A DNA stretch of 64,000 bases, from assembly GCA_963815285.1 (NCBI GenBank), contig CAWFGB010000005.1:295919-359918 (forward strand), read 5' to 3'. This document shows positions 10,934 to 19,597 of this stretch, piece after piece; the stretch's first letter is position 1, and each line of letters starts with the position of its first letter. The notes under the pieces were generated by a model. It was not told where the DNA came from. It made no database searches and saw only the letters and a list, made by a program, of their open reading frames with translations. The stretch comes from an uncultured Acidobacteriota bacterium (GTDB lineage Bacteria; Acidobacteriota; Vicinamibacteria; Vicinamibacterales; UBA2999). Position numbers and translations under genes: made by a program.

Positions 10934-11917
10934 ATGGCATCTGTCCAACTCTCCCAGCGGCCCCTCCTCGTCTTCGCCGGCGCGGTCGTGCTTCACGTGA
11001 TTCTGATTTCGGCGCAGGTGAGCACGACGGCTGGGATTCCGTTCATTCAAGTGGTCACCTTCGGCGTCTTCTCCGAGGTGCAGCGCGGGACCATGACCAG
11101 CGTCGACAGCGTGCGCGGCGTCTGGTCCGGGTACGTCGACTTGCGTGACGTGCAAGAGGAAAACGAGACGCTCAAACGCGAGTTGCAGACGCTGCAAGTG
11201 CGCCTGCAGGAAGAACGCGCACAAGCGCAGCGCGCCGAGAATTTTCGCCACCTGCTCGAACTGCGCCAGCGCGCTGGCGTGGATACGGTCGCCGCCGAGA
11301 TCATCGCGGGACCTTCGTCGCTCGAATTCCGCGACATGACCATCGATAAGGGGAGCGTCGACGGCCTGGCGCCAGACATGGCGGTCATCTCGCCGGCCGG
11401 CGTCGTGGGCCGCATCACGTTGGCGAGCGCGCGCGCCGCGCGCGTGCAGATGCTGATCGATCGCAGCGCCCACGCCGGAGCCATGATCGAGCGAACCCGC
11501 GCCCAGGGCCTGGTCGTGGGACAGGGCACCGCCCTGCGTATGGACTACGTGCCCGGCACGGCTGACGTCAAGCAGGGCGATCTGATTGTCACGTCAGGCA
11601 TCGACAAGATTTATCCGAAAGGCTTTGTCATCGGCACCGTTGAATCGATCGAGCAGGGCGCGGGCACCTTCCACGAAATCGTGGTTCGTCCATCGGTGGA
11701 CTTTTCGCGCCTCGAGGAAGTGCTGGTCGTGACCACGCCGCCGGCGGCTATCACGGCTGACCAGATTGCGAAGGAGGCGGAAGCGATTGCCGAAGAGCAC
11801 CGTCGGCAGGCTCAAGCGACCGCCCCGGGTAATGGATCCCCGTCGACCGTGCCCCCGGTTGCGACGCCGCAGAATGTGACGCCGCGGAATACGGCGCCCC
11901 GAGGACCTGGGGCGTGA
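10934..11917 (+). CDS. mreC: Rod shape-determining protein MreC.
   Basis: N-terminal TM, a coiled-coil (LKRELQTLQVRLQEERAQAQRAE), and the MreC beta domains (GSVDGLAPDMAVISPAGVVGRI, GDLIVTSGIDKIYPKGFVIG). Position is right after mreB. Confidence 0.9.
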   Translation: MASVQLSQRPLLVFAGAVVLHVILISAQVSTTAGIPFIQVVTFGVFSEVQRGTMTSVDSVRGVWSGYVDLRDVQEENETLKRELQTLQVRLQEERAQAQRAENFRHLLELRQRAGVDTVAAEIIAGPSSLEFRDMTIDKGSVDGLAPDMAVISPAGVVGRITLASARAARVQMLIDRSAHAGAMIERTRAQGLVVGQGTALRMDYVPGTADVKQGDLIVTSGIDKIYPKGFVIGTVESIEQGAGTFHEIVVRPSVDFSRLEEVLVVTTPPAAITADQIAKEAEAIAEEHRRQAQATAPGNGSPSTVPPVATPQNVTPRNTAPRGPGA

Positions 11918-12420
11918 AGGTCGTCGCATCCTTATTGGCAATTGCCGTCGCGCTGGCATTACAGACCACGCTTGGAAGCCTCGTGATTCGCGGCACGGCC
12001 GCGCTCGACCTCGTCCTGATCGTGGTCGTCTATCTGGCGCTCATCTCCGGCCCGGTCACAGGACTGCTTCTGGGGAGCGCCGCCGGTCTCGTGCAGGATT
12101 CCCTGTCCAGCGGCATCATCGGCATCGGCGGGCTGGCCAAAACGGTCGTCGGCTTTGTCGCCGGCGTGCTCGGGACTCAGTTCATCGTCACCGCGCCGCT
12201 GTCGCGCTTTGTCGTCTTCGTGCTCGCGACGGTGCTGCATGCGGCAGTGTTCATGGGCCTCTACACCCTGCTCGGGCTCAGGCAATTCGAGGATCCGTGG
12301 GCCGCCGTCATCACGCAGGCGATCGGCAACGGCTTTCTTGGCGTGGTCGGGGCGCAGGTCGTCGAACTGCTACCCGGGTTGAGGGACCGGCGCAAGGCCA
12401 GGCGCATGGTGCGGCATTGA
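11914..12420 (+). CDS. mreD: Rod shape-determining protein MreD.
   Basis: 168-aa polytopic membrane protein. Its start overlaps the mreC stop by 4 nt. Canonical position in the cluster. Confidence 0.8.
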   Translation: MKVVASLLAIAVALALQTTLGSLVIRGTAALDLVLIVVVYLALISGPVTGLLLGSAAGLVQDSLSSGIIGIGGLAKTVVGFVAGVLGTQFIVTAPLSRFVVFVLATVLHAAVFMGLYTLLGLRQFEDPWAAVITQAIGNGFLGVVGAQVVELLPGLRDRRKARRMVRH

Positions 12421-12507
12421 CGTAAACTGGTGATACTTAAAGATTTTTGGTTTTACGACCCGGCCGACCTGAAAATCGGCCACGACACCCGGCCCAGGCG
12501 CGACAGC

Positions 12508-12584
12508 GCCCTGTAGCGGCCGGACATTAGCCCCTGTAGGGGGCCGAGTTCAGCTCCTGTAGCGGCCGGACCTTAGTCCGGCCG
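12508..12584. repeat. Three tandem 23-nt units ending in a perfect 9-bp hairpin, immediately upstream of mrdA.
   Basis: gCCCTGTAGCGGCCGGACattag / cCCCTGTAGGGGGCCGAGttcag / ctCCTGTAGCGGCCGGACcttaGTCCGGCCG. The stem is CGGCCGGAC/GTCCGGCCG at 12563..12584, and the ATG is at 12596. Confidence 0.75.
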
Positions 12585-12595
12585 ATAACTACGAT

Positions 12596-14533
12596 ATGGC
12601 AGTTGCCGAAGACAAACGTCGGTTGAGCGCTCGCGTTACCGCCATCCAGGCGGTGGTGCTCGCGGCCTTTGTCCTGCTCGTCGGCGGATTCTGGTTTTTT
12701 CAGATCGCGCAGGGCGACAAGTTCAAGGAGATGGCCGAGAACAACCACACGCGCACGCTGCCGCTGCGCGCGGCTCGCGGCGTCATCGTGGACCGTCACG
12801 GCCAGGTGGTCGTCGAGAACCGCAACTCGTTCAACATCTCGATTCTCCGGGAACACAGCAAGGACCTTGACAGCACGGTGCGCCGGCTGGCGGAGCTGAC
12901 CGGGGTGCCGGAACACCAGATTCGCGAGACCGTCGCACGACATCGTCACGAGCCGAGCTACCGCCCGATCGTCGTGATCTATGACGCGACGCTCGACCAG
13001 ATCGCTGCGGTGAAGGCGCGTGGCCTCGACCACGAACTGCCCGACGTGCACGTGCAGGAAGTCCCGACGCGGAAATACCCACCCGACGCGCTCGCGGCGC
13101 ATCTCATCGGCTATGTCGGCGAGGCCAACGAAGCGCAAGTCGGCGATGGCGGCTACTCTCTAGGCGCGATCGTCGGACAGACGGGAGTCGAGAAGAACTA
13201 CAACGAGACGTTGATGGGCCGCGACGGCGCGCGCGTCGTGGTCGTCAACAGCCAGGGCCGCGAAATCAGCGAACTCGAGAGAATCCCGCCAGCGCAAGGT
13301 CAGCGGGTCCAGCTGACATTGAGCCTCGCGATGCAGAAGGCGGCCGAAGATGCATTTCGTGCGATGGGGTTCTGGGGCTCGGCCATCGTGCTCGATCCCC
13401 GCAGTGGCGACGTGCTGACGCTGGTCAGCCTGCCGTCCTACGATCCGAATGCGTTTGCCGCCGGCATCGACCGCGCCGCGTATCAGGCGCTCATCACCGA
13501 CAAGCTGCGGCCGCTGCAGAACCGGGCGATACAGGGACGCTATTCTCCCGGCTCCACTTTCAAGGTGCTGGTCGCGACCGCCGGTCTCGAAGAGGGGCTC
13601 ATCACCCCTTCGTTCCGCGTGAACTGTCCCGGCGGCGGCAATTTCTTCGGACGCTGGTTTCAGTGTCACCTCAAGAGCGGTCACGGCAGCGTGGATCTAC
13701 GCGAGGCGATTGCCAAGTCGTGCAACACATATTTCTACACGCTGGGGAACATGCTCGGTGTAGATCGCATTCATAAATGGGGGGTCAATCTCGGCCTGCA
13801 TGGCAGGAGCGGCATCGATCTCCCCAACGAGCAGGACAGCCTCGTGCCGTCGAGCGAATGGAAGAAGCAGCGCACCGGGGAGCGCTGGTATCCGGGCGAG
13901 ACCATTTCGGTCGCGATCGGCCAGGGACAGAATGCGGTCACCCCGATGGGCCTGGCCGTGATGATGGCGACGGTGGCCAACGGCGGAACCCGTTACATCC
14001 CGCGGCTGGTGCGCGCAGTGGACGATGGCGAGGGGTGGATTGACGTGCCGCCGCCGCCCAACCCGTATCCGCCGTTGCAGCTCAAGCGCGAGACGGTGCA
14101 AGCCGTCCACGACGGATTGTGGATGGCGGTCAATGGCTCCGGCACCGCAGGGCGTGCGCGGGTTGAGGGACGCGACGTCTCCGGCAAGACCGGCACCGCC
14201 CAGGTGATCTCGTTGCAGGGCCGTGAACGTGCGCGCGGGAGCGGACTCGATCTTCGCGACCACGGATGGTTTGTGTTCATGGCGCCCCGCGACAACCCGG
14301 AGCTGGCCGGCGTCGTTTTTGGCGAGCACAGCGAGGGCGGTGGCCGGACGGCGCCAATCGCCAAGCACATCATCGAGACCTATTACGCCGAAAAGGAAGG
14401 CCGACCGCTGCCGGTGTTCAAGAATCCCTTCGCTCCGGCCCCGGCCCCGTCCCCGGCTACGCGCGCCGTCGCCGCGGCCACGGCCGAACGAGCTGCGCCG
14501 GCGGCTCGCACGGGCGGCACCGGCGGCCGCTGA
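12596..14533 (+). CDS. mrdA: Penicillin-binding protein 2 (elongasome transpeptidase).
   Basis: N-terminal TM, a PBP dimerisation domain, and transpeptidase motifs STFK, SxN-like and KTGTAQ. Pro/Ala-rich C-terminal tail. Confidence 0.93.
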   Translation: MAVAEDKRRLSARVTAIQAVVLAAFVLLVGGFWFFQIAQGDKFKEMAENNHTRTLPLRAARGVIVDRHGQVVVENRNSFNISILREHSKDLDSTVRRLAELTGVPEHQIRETVARHRHEPSYRPIVVIYDATLDQIAAVKARGLDHELPDVHVQEVPTRKYPPDALAAHLIGYVGEANEAQVGDGGYSLGAIVGQTGVEKNYNETLMGRDGARVVVVNSQGREISELERIPPAQGQRVQLTLSLAMQKAAEDAFRAMGFWGSAIVLDPRSGDVLTLVSLPSYDPNAFAAGIDRAAYQALITDKLRPLQNRAIQGRYSPGSTFKVLVATAGLEEGLITPSFRVNCPGGGNFFGRWFQCHLKSGHGSVDLREAIAKSCNTYFYTLGNMLGVDRIHKWGVNLGLHGRSGIDLPNEQDSLVPSSEWKKQRTGERWYPGETISVAIGQGQNAVTPMGLAVMMATVANGGTRYIPRLVRAVDDGEGWIDVPPPPNPYPPLQLKRETVQAVHDGLWMAVNGSGTAGRARVEGRDVSGKTGTAQVISLQGRERARGSGLDLRDHGWFVFMAPRDNPELAGVVFGEHSEGGGRTAPIAKHIIETYYAEKEGRPLPVFKNPFAPAPAPSPATRAVAAATAERAAPAARTGGTGGR

Positions 14534-15624
14534 TGTCCATGCTCGAGCGGCGCCTCTACTTCTACGTCGACTGGGCGCTCGTCGCCGCGATCGCCGCGCT
14601 CTGCGCCATCGGCCTGGCGATGATTTTCAGTACCACCGGCGGGGCGACGCGTCTGTATTGGACGCAGATCTACGCTCTGATCATCGGCTTCGCGGTCATG
14701 GTCGTGGCGATGGCGATCGACTATCGATCCCTCGCGGACAAATCACACATCTTCTACATCGGGCTGATCCTCGCCCTCGTGGCCGTGATGCTGGTCGGCT
14801 CGCGCCAGATGGGCGCGCAGCGATGGTTGAATCTCGGCTTCTACAACCTGCAGCCGTCGGAATTCGCCAAGGCGATCCTGGCACTGGTGCTGGCCAAGAT
14901 GCTCGGTGAAAGCCGGCGACCGGCACTCACGAACAACGAACTCTTTCTGGCGTGCGTATTGACCGCGGTGCCGCTGCTGCTCATCGCCCGTCAGCCCGAT
15001 CTCGGCACGGCAGTCACGCTGCTGCCGGTGCTGCTGGTCGTGACGTTTGCGGCCGGACTGCCACTGAAGTATCTCGGCGCCGTGGCCGTGATTGCGGTTC
15101 TGGCCGCGCCGGTGGCCTGGCAGTTCGCGCTCGAGGATTACCAGAAGGAGCGCATCGAAACCTTTCTCGATCCCTCGCAAGACGCACGCGGCGCCGGCTA
15201 TCAGCAGATTCAAGCGCGCATCACAGTTGGTTCGGGCGGCCTCTGGGGCAAAGGGTTTCGCGGAGGCACCCAGGGGCAGCTGCGGTTTCTTCCGGTGGCG
15301 CACAACGACTTTATCTTCTCGGTGCTGGCCGAAGAGCAGGGATTTGTCGGCGTCATCGTCGTGCTCGGCCTGTATCTGTTCGTGATCATGAGATCTCTCG
15401 AGGCAGCCAAGCTGGCCAAGGATCGCCTCGGCGGATACCTGGTTCTGGGCGTGCTCTCGACCTTTACGTTCCAAGTCATCTACAACATCACCATGTCGGC
15501 TGGCCTCGCACCGGTCAAGGGACTGACGCTGCCGCTTCTCAGCTATGGCGGGTCATCGATGATTGCGACGCTGGCCGGCTTCGGCCTCATTCTGAACGTC
15601 AGGATGCGGCGGTTCACTAACTAG
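14533..15624 (+). CDS. rodA: Rod shape-determining SEDS protein RodA.
   Basis: Start trimmed to ATG 14533, which overlaps the mrdA TGA (ATGA). FtsW/RodA motifs are NLQPSEFAK, RQPDLGTA, GKGF..G.Q..L.FLP..HNDFIFS and PLLSYGGSS. Confidence 0.93.
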   Translation: MSMLERRLYFYVDWALVAAIAALCAIGLAMIFSTTGGATRLYWTQIYALIIGFAVMVVAMAIDYRSLADKSHIFYIGLILALVAVMLVGSRQMGAQRWLNLGFYNLQPSEFAKAILALVLAKMLGESRRPALTNNELFLACVLTAVPLLLIARQPDLGTAVTLLPVLLVVTFAAGLPLKYLGAVAVIAVLAAPVAWQFALEDYQKERIETFLDPSQDARGAGYQQIQARITVGSGGLWGKGFRGGTQGQLRFLPVAHNDFIFSVLAEEQGFVGVIVVLGLYLFVIMRSLEAAKLAKDRLGGYLVLGVLSTFTFQVIYNITMSAGLAPVKGLTLPLLSYGGSSMIATLAGFGLILNVRMRRFTN

Positions 15625-15702
15625 AGCTGGTGGGGTGGGCAGAGCTGGTGCGGCCGGTGGAAGACGCCCGCCAGCCTCACCCGCCTAACCCGCCCACCAG
15701 GC
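15624..15702. repeat. GCTGGTGG words followed by inverted CCCGCC...CCACCAG words (rodA-rng spacer).
   Basis: GAGCTGGTGGGGTGGGCA GAGCTGGTGCGGCCGGTGG ... CGCCCGCCagcctcACCCGCCtaACCCGCCCACCAGg. An imperfect foldback that starts at the rodA stop codon. Confidence 0.55.
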
Positions 15703-15711
15703 CCAAACACC

Positions 15712-17292
15712 ATGAACAAAGAAATGATCATCTCCTCGAATGGCCACGAAACTCGTGTCGCCATTTTCGAGGACGATCTCGTCGCAGAGATTTTCGTAGA
15801 GCGCGAGCGCAATCGCGGCGTCGTTGGCAACGTCTACAAGGGGCGTGTGTCGAAAGTCCTTCCCGGGATGCAGTCGTCCTTCGTGGATATCGGCCTCGAG
15901 CGCGACGGGTTTCTCTACGTCTCGGACGTCGTCAGCCCGGCAGATCTTTTTGACGACGAGGAGGACGAGGAGGAAGGCCAGGACAAATCGCAGGACAAGG
16001 CCAAACGCGGTGGCCGCGGCCGCGGCGAGAGTCGGGGGGCGGCGCAAGTCAGAAGCGAGCGCGTCGAGGGCCGTATCGAGGATTTGTTGAAGGAAGGCCA
16101 GGAGATTCTGGTGCAGGTGGCCAAGGAGCCGCTCGGCACCAAAGGTGCCCGCCTGACGTCACATGTCACACTGCCCGGCCGGTTCCTGGTGTTCATGCCG
16201 ACCGTCGATCACATCGGGGTGTCGCGCAAAATCGCGAGTCGCGAAGAACGCGGCCGGCTGCGCGGCATCGTGCGCGAGTTCCGTGAGCAACACTCGTTCA
16301 GCGGCGGCGTCATCATCCGGACCGCGGCCGAAGAGCGGTCCAAGGAAGATATCCTGGCCGATCTTCAGTACTTCTACCGCATCTGGATCGACATGCGGCA
16401 GAAGATGGATTCACACCGCGCCCCGGCGGTCGTCTATCGAGAGCCGAGCCTGGTCGCCAAGCTGCTGCGGGATCTGCTCACCGACGACTACACCGCCATC
16501 AGAATCGATCATCGGGAAGAGTATCAGCGCGTGGTCGAGTTCATCGGGCGGATCATGCCGGCCCTGGCCAGCAAGGTGAAGCTGCACGACAAGGACTTCC
16601 CGATTTTCGAGGAGTACGGCGTGCAGGCCGAACTCGAGAAGGCGCTCCGAAGCAAGGTGTGGCTCAAGTCGGGTGGATCGATCGTCATCAACCAAACCGA
16701 AGCGCTGGTCGCCGTCGACGTCAATACCGGCCGCTATGTCGGCAAGAAGACGGCGGGACGCCTCGAAGACACCATCCTCAAGACCAACCTGGAAGCGGTG
16801 AAGGAAATCGTGCGCCAGATACGGCTGCGCGATCTGGGCGGCATCATCGTGCTCGACTTCATCGACATGGAAGAGAAGAAGAACCGTCAGAAGGTGTTTC
16901 AGACGGTGGAGCAGGAGCTGCGCAAGGACCGCGCGCCGTCAAAGCCGCTGCAAGTGCAGGACTTCGGGCTGGTCATCATCACACGCAAGCGCGTGAAGCA
17001 GAGCCTCGAGCGGGTGTTGACCGAGCCCTGCCCCTACTGCGCCGGCGGTGGGACCATCAAGTCAAGTTCCACCATCTGTTACGAGATCCTCTCGGAAGTG
17101 AAGAAGGTCGGCGTCGATATGGACGGTCCCGGGGTGCTGCTGCGGGTGAACCCGGACATCGCGCGAGCGCTCAAAGAGGAAGAGCGCAATGTGCTCAAGG
17201 ACCTCAAGCACCTGCTGGGCAAGGACGTCATCGTGAAATCCGATGTGCACCTGCATCACGAGCAGTTCGACGTGATGTCGATTGGCGGGTGA
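15712..17292 (+). CDS. rng: Ribonuclease G/E family endoribonuclease.
   Basis: S1 domain GNVYKGRVSKVLPGMQSSFVDIG. An acidic/basic insert, then the catalytic core (ALVAVDVNTG, LRDLGGIIVLDFIDM). The Zn-link CPYCAGGG follows. Confidence 0.9.
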   Translation: MNKEMIISSNGHETRVAIFEDDLVAEIFVERERNRGVVGNVYKGRVSKVLPGMQSSFVDIGLERDGFLYVSDVVSPADLFDDEEDEEEGQDKSQDKAKRGGRGRGESRGAAQVRSERVEGRIEDLLKEGQEILVQVAKEPLGTKGARLTSHVTLPGRFLVFMPTVDHIGVSRKIASREERGRLRGIVREFREQHSFSGGVIIRTAAEERSKEDILADLQYFYRIWIDMRQKMDSHRAPAVVYREPSLVAKLLRDLLTDDYTAIRIDHREEYQRVVEFIGRIMPALASKVKLHDKDFPIFEEYGVQAELEKALRSKVWLKSGGSIVINQTEALVAVDVNTGRYVGKKTAGRLEDTILKTNLEAVKEIVRQIRLRDLGGIIVLDFIDMEEKKNRQKVFQTVEQELRKDRAPSKPLQVQDFGLVIITRKRVKQSLERVLTEPCPYCAGGGTIKSSSTICYEILSEVKKVGVDMDGPGVLLRVNPDIARALKEEERNVLKDLKHLLGKDVIVKSDVHLHHEQFDVMSIGG

Positions 17293-17360
17293 TTGCGCGG
17301 ATTACGACGGATTACGCGGATGGATGGTATCCGCAGATTACGCCGATTACGCAGATTGCG
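17291..17360. repeat. GATTACGC word array, left copy. It begins inside the rng stop codon.
   Basis: tGATTGCGCG GATTACGACG GATTACGCG GATGGATGGTATCCGCA GATTACGCC GATTACGCA GATTGCG. The internal stem is GCGGAT/ATCCGC. Confidence 0.85.
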
Positions 17361-17469
17361 TTTGTCATCTTAGACCGTTGTCCTAAACCGTTGTCCTCTT
17401 GTACGTGGGACGGCGGAAATGCTACCTCTTGGCGCGGAGGATTTAGGGGGCGTACTCGCGGGCTTACGC

Positions 17470-17944
17470 ACGCGGGTGTTGGCCGATCGGGGTGCCGGGC
17501 TGAAGACGGAGGACGTGGCAGCGAAATACGCCGCGTCTTCGATGGGCCGGATCGTGCTCGACAGCCTCGCGGTGCACAGGCAGCCGGACGCGTGTTGCCA
17601 TCGCCTTGGCGACGTCATTGTGATTGATGCCCAGCAGACGACCGAGTTTGCGGGTGTTCCAGTGCGCGCTGCGAGCCGGGCGCTTGACGCTCCGACAGAA
17701 TGCGCGCCGCCATAGCCGCGGTCAGGACCGATTGGCGTGGGCTCGCGTGGCGCGATTGCCAGCGGCGAGGCGTTTCGCGAGAAACTGTCGGCGCCGCCGA
17801 TTGATCTAGCCGCGGGGACGCGGCGCCACTTCAATCGCCGAATACAACGCCACGTTGGCCAGCAGTGGGATCATCAGCGCGCGCCGCGCAGCCTCCGACC
17901 GAATGGTGCATAGGGGACACGCGCCTCAAGCTCTGTTCGGTCAT
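17470..17944 (-). pseudogene. Decayed N-terminal fragment of an IS630-family-like transposase. HTH region only, with several frameshifts and stops and no DDE domain.
   Basis: Minus-strand pieces lie in different frames. They read RALMIPLLANVALYSAIEVAPRPRG*INRRRRQFLAKRLAAGNRATRAHANRS*, then LTAAMAARILSERQAPGSQRA, then HWNTRKLGRLLGINHNDVAKAM, then W.QH...DPA..IEDAAYF...SVFSPAP. This follows the order RARIVLL..G...IA..LG....V.KWR.RF...GL.D..R.GRP / HWT.R.LA..LG.S..TV.R.W / DP.F..K..D..GLY..PP, which I recall for IS630 N-termini. Confidence 0.5.
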
Positions 17945-18092
17945 CGTCACTCAACATCGGCGTCTGATGGCCGCAGCAGCGCACCCAGACCCAGTCACGC
18001 TATACAGCGCACTAGACAGCTTGAATACGATCAGATCGTCGCGCCGTCGATTTCAGTGCCGTGAGGATGGCGCTCCTAACAGAGAAGAGAGA

Positions 18093-18170
18093 ATCCGCGT
18101 AATCTGCGTAATCTGCGGATACTACCCATCCGCGTAATCGCACGTAATCCCGCGTAATCCCGCGTAATCA
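18093..18170. repeat. GATTACGC word array, right copy in inverted orientation. It ends inside the stop codon of the 18168 gene.
   Basis: Its reverse complement reads TGATTACGCG GGATTACGCG GGATTACGTGC GATTACGCG GATGGGTAGTATCCGCA GATTACGCA GATTACGCGGAT. This is near-collinear with 17291..17360. Confidence 0.85.
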
Positions 18171-18932
18171 CCGCTTCGCAAAGGTCAGCGAGAAGCCGAT
18201 CAGGTTCTGGTTTGGGTCGAGCCCGAGCGGCGAGCTCGCGACACCATGCACGGTGGCCCGCGCCACGTTGATGTGGAGGTTGGCTTCCCGATTGACCCAC
18301 GGAAAGGCGAAACTCGTCAGCCGATACCCGATGCCCACCACGGTCGCCGGCTTCCATTCATAACCGCCGGTGCCGTCGGCAAGCGCGATGAGTCCCACGC
18401 CGACCGCTGGCAGCGTGGCGCGGCCGATCTCGATGATGCCAACCTGCATCCCGGCGACGAGGTACACCTTCGGCGCGGGCAGCTGCGCGGGCACCCAGCC
18501 GCCGGAGAGGTGCACGCGCTGCAGAAACGAACTCTTCGGCACGGTATCCTGCCGCGTCCGGCCGCTCGCGCTTCCGCGGTTGAGGAGGAGCTGCTGTAGA
18601 TCCCAGCGGGACAGAATTTCGCAGGCGCGTTCGAGCCGGCCCTCGATTGCAACCCCGGCCCGACAGTCTTCCCACAGCCACGGCGGTGGCTCCGGACGCT
18701 CACGTCGCTCCTTGATCATGCCTCCGGCGGAGTTGTAGGCGACGCGGTTACCCCACTTCAGGGTCCACTCCTCCCACTCTTCGTAGGCGTCGAGCCAGGT
18801 CGTAAGCTCCTGGTACCGGGCATCGAGCACTTGCTGAGTATCCTGAGCGAGACACACCGAGGGTATGAATAGTAGGAAGGCAAGGAAGGCTGTGGGAATG
18901 ACGTGGTCGTACACGTTCCTGGCCGCAAACAA
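18168..18932 (-). CDS. Secreted hypothetical protein, 254 aa.
   Basis: Signal-like N-terminus (IPTAFLAFLLFIPSVCLAQD). A Trp/Glu-rich segment, then a beta-rich C-terminal half. Last gene of the ECF-headed minus-strand run. Confidence 0.6.
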   Translation of the reverse strand: MFAARNVYDHVIPTAFLAFLLFIPSVCLAQDTQQVLDARYQELTTWLDAYEEWEEWTLKWGNRVAYNSAGGMIKERRERPEPPPWLWEDCRAGVAIEGRLERACEILSRWDLQQLLLNRGSASGRTRQDTVPKSSFLQRVHLSGGWVPAQLPAPKVYLVAGMQVGIIEIGRATLPAVGVGLIALADGTGGYEWKPATVVGIGYRLTSFAFPWVNREANLHINVARATVHGVASSPLGLDPNQNLIGFSLTFAKR

Positions 18933-19002
18933 TGCCTCAAAGCCGCGAAGCTTTCAAGCAGTTTCCGGCCAGGGATGTTTCGACCGCCGCCCGCGCGGGA
19001 GC

Positions 19003-19473
19003 TCAGCCCTGCGGAGGCAGATGGAGCAAGTAGTTGTGTCCGCCGCGCGCAATCCACACGCGTAGGAATTCGCCGCCCTTGAGCATTTCGACGCGTGAGC
19101 CGGTGGGTCCGACTTTACCCGGCATGTCTGGGCCCGGCATCGTGTCTTTGACCTCCGCCGCCGGGACGATGCTGACGATTTCGCGTCCGCGTACCTGACC
19201 GCCCTGGACGAACTCGACCCAGCGATTGAGATCGGTCTGCTGGCCGGGCACGGCCTTCGCGGCCTCCGCGGTGAGCCGAACCGTGTAGCGACCGGCGGGA
19301 AGGGGCTTGCCGTCGGCGAGAACGGCGCGCGGGATGGTCACGGTGCCAAGTACGGTCACACCGGCCGGCACCTGCGCGGTCGTTCCTGCTTCCTTCTGCG
19401 TTGGCGTTTGTGCCGCCACGTGCGCCGTGAACAACACGCTCGCCGCGGCTCCGACGAGCCACATGTGCTTCAT
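19003..19473 (-). CDS. Secreted hypothetical protein, 156 aa.
   Basis: Start trimmed to the ATG preceded by AGGAGG (MKHMWLVGAAASVLFTAHVAAQ, a signal peptide). No family recognised. Confidence 0.65.
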   Translation of the reverse strand: MKHMWLVGAAASVLFTAHVAAQTPTQKEAGTTAQVPAGVTVLGTVTIPRAVLADGKPLPAGRYTVRLTAEAAKAVPGQQTDLNRWVEFVQGGQVRGREIVSIVPAAEVKDTMPGPDMPGKVGPTGSRVEMLKGGEFLRVWIARGGHNYLLHLPPQG

Positions 19474-19597
19474 CCGAGTCCTCCTCGTGAACATCTCCGG
19501 TTGATTATAGCTGGATATGAGCGGGGAGACTTGAGATCCGATGGTAGCGCTACCAGCTCATGTACTGGGCAAATCGCCAGCAATTTCGTGCATCTGG

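Noticed and set aside
14266-14532. An upstream extension of rodA (89 extra codons), and the overlapping 14223..14909 ORF.
   Set aside because: The extension lies inside the mrdA coding region in another frame and is Arg/Gly-rich. The ATG at 14533, overlapping the mrdA stop, gives a normal RodA N-terminus.
16659-17627. A 322-aa plus-strand ORF running from inside rng through the GATTACGC array.
   Set aside because: It is out of frame with rng and extremely Arg/Gly/Ala-rich. It reads straight through a non-coding repeat. Judged spurious.
17370-17834. A 154-aa minus-strand ORF inside the foldback.
   Set aside because: It is only one of several frames carrying pieces of the IS630-like similarity. 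On its own it is low-complexity and lacks a start context. It was treated as part of the pseudogene rather than a gene.
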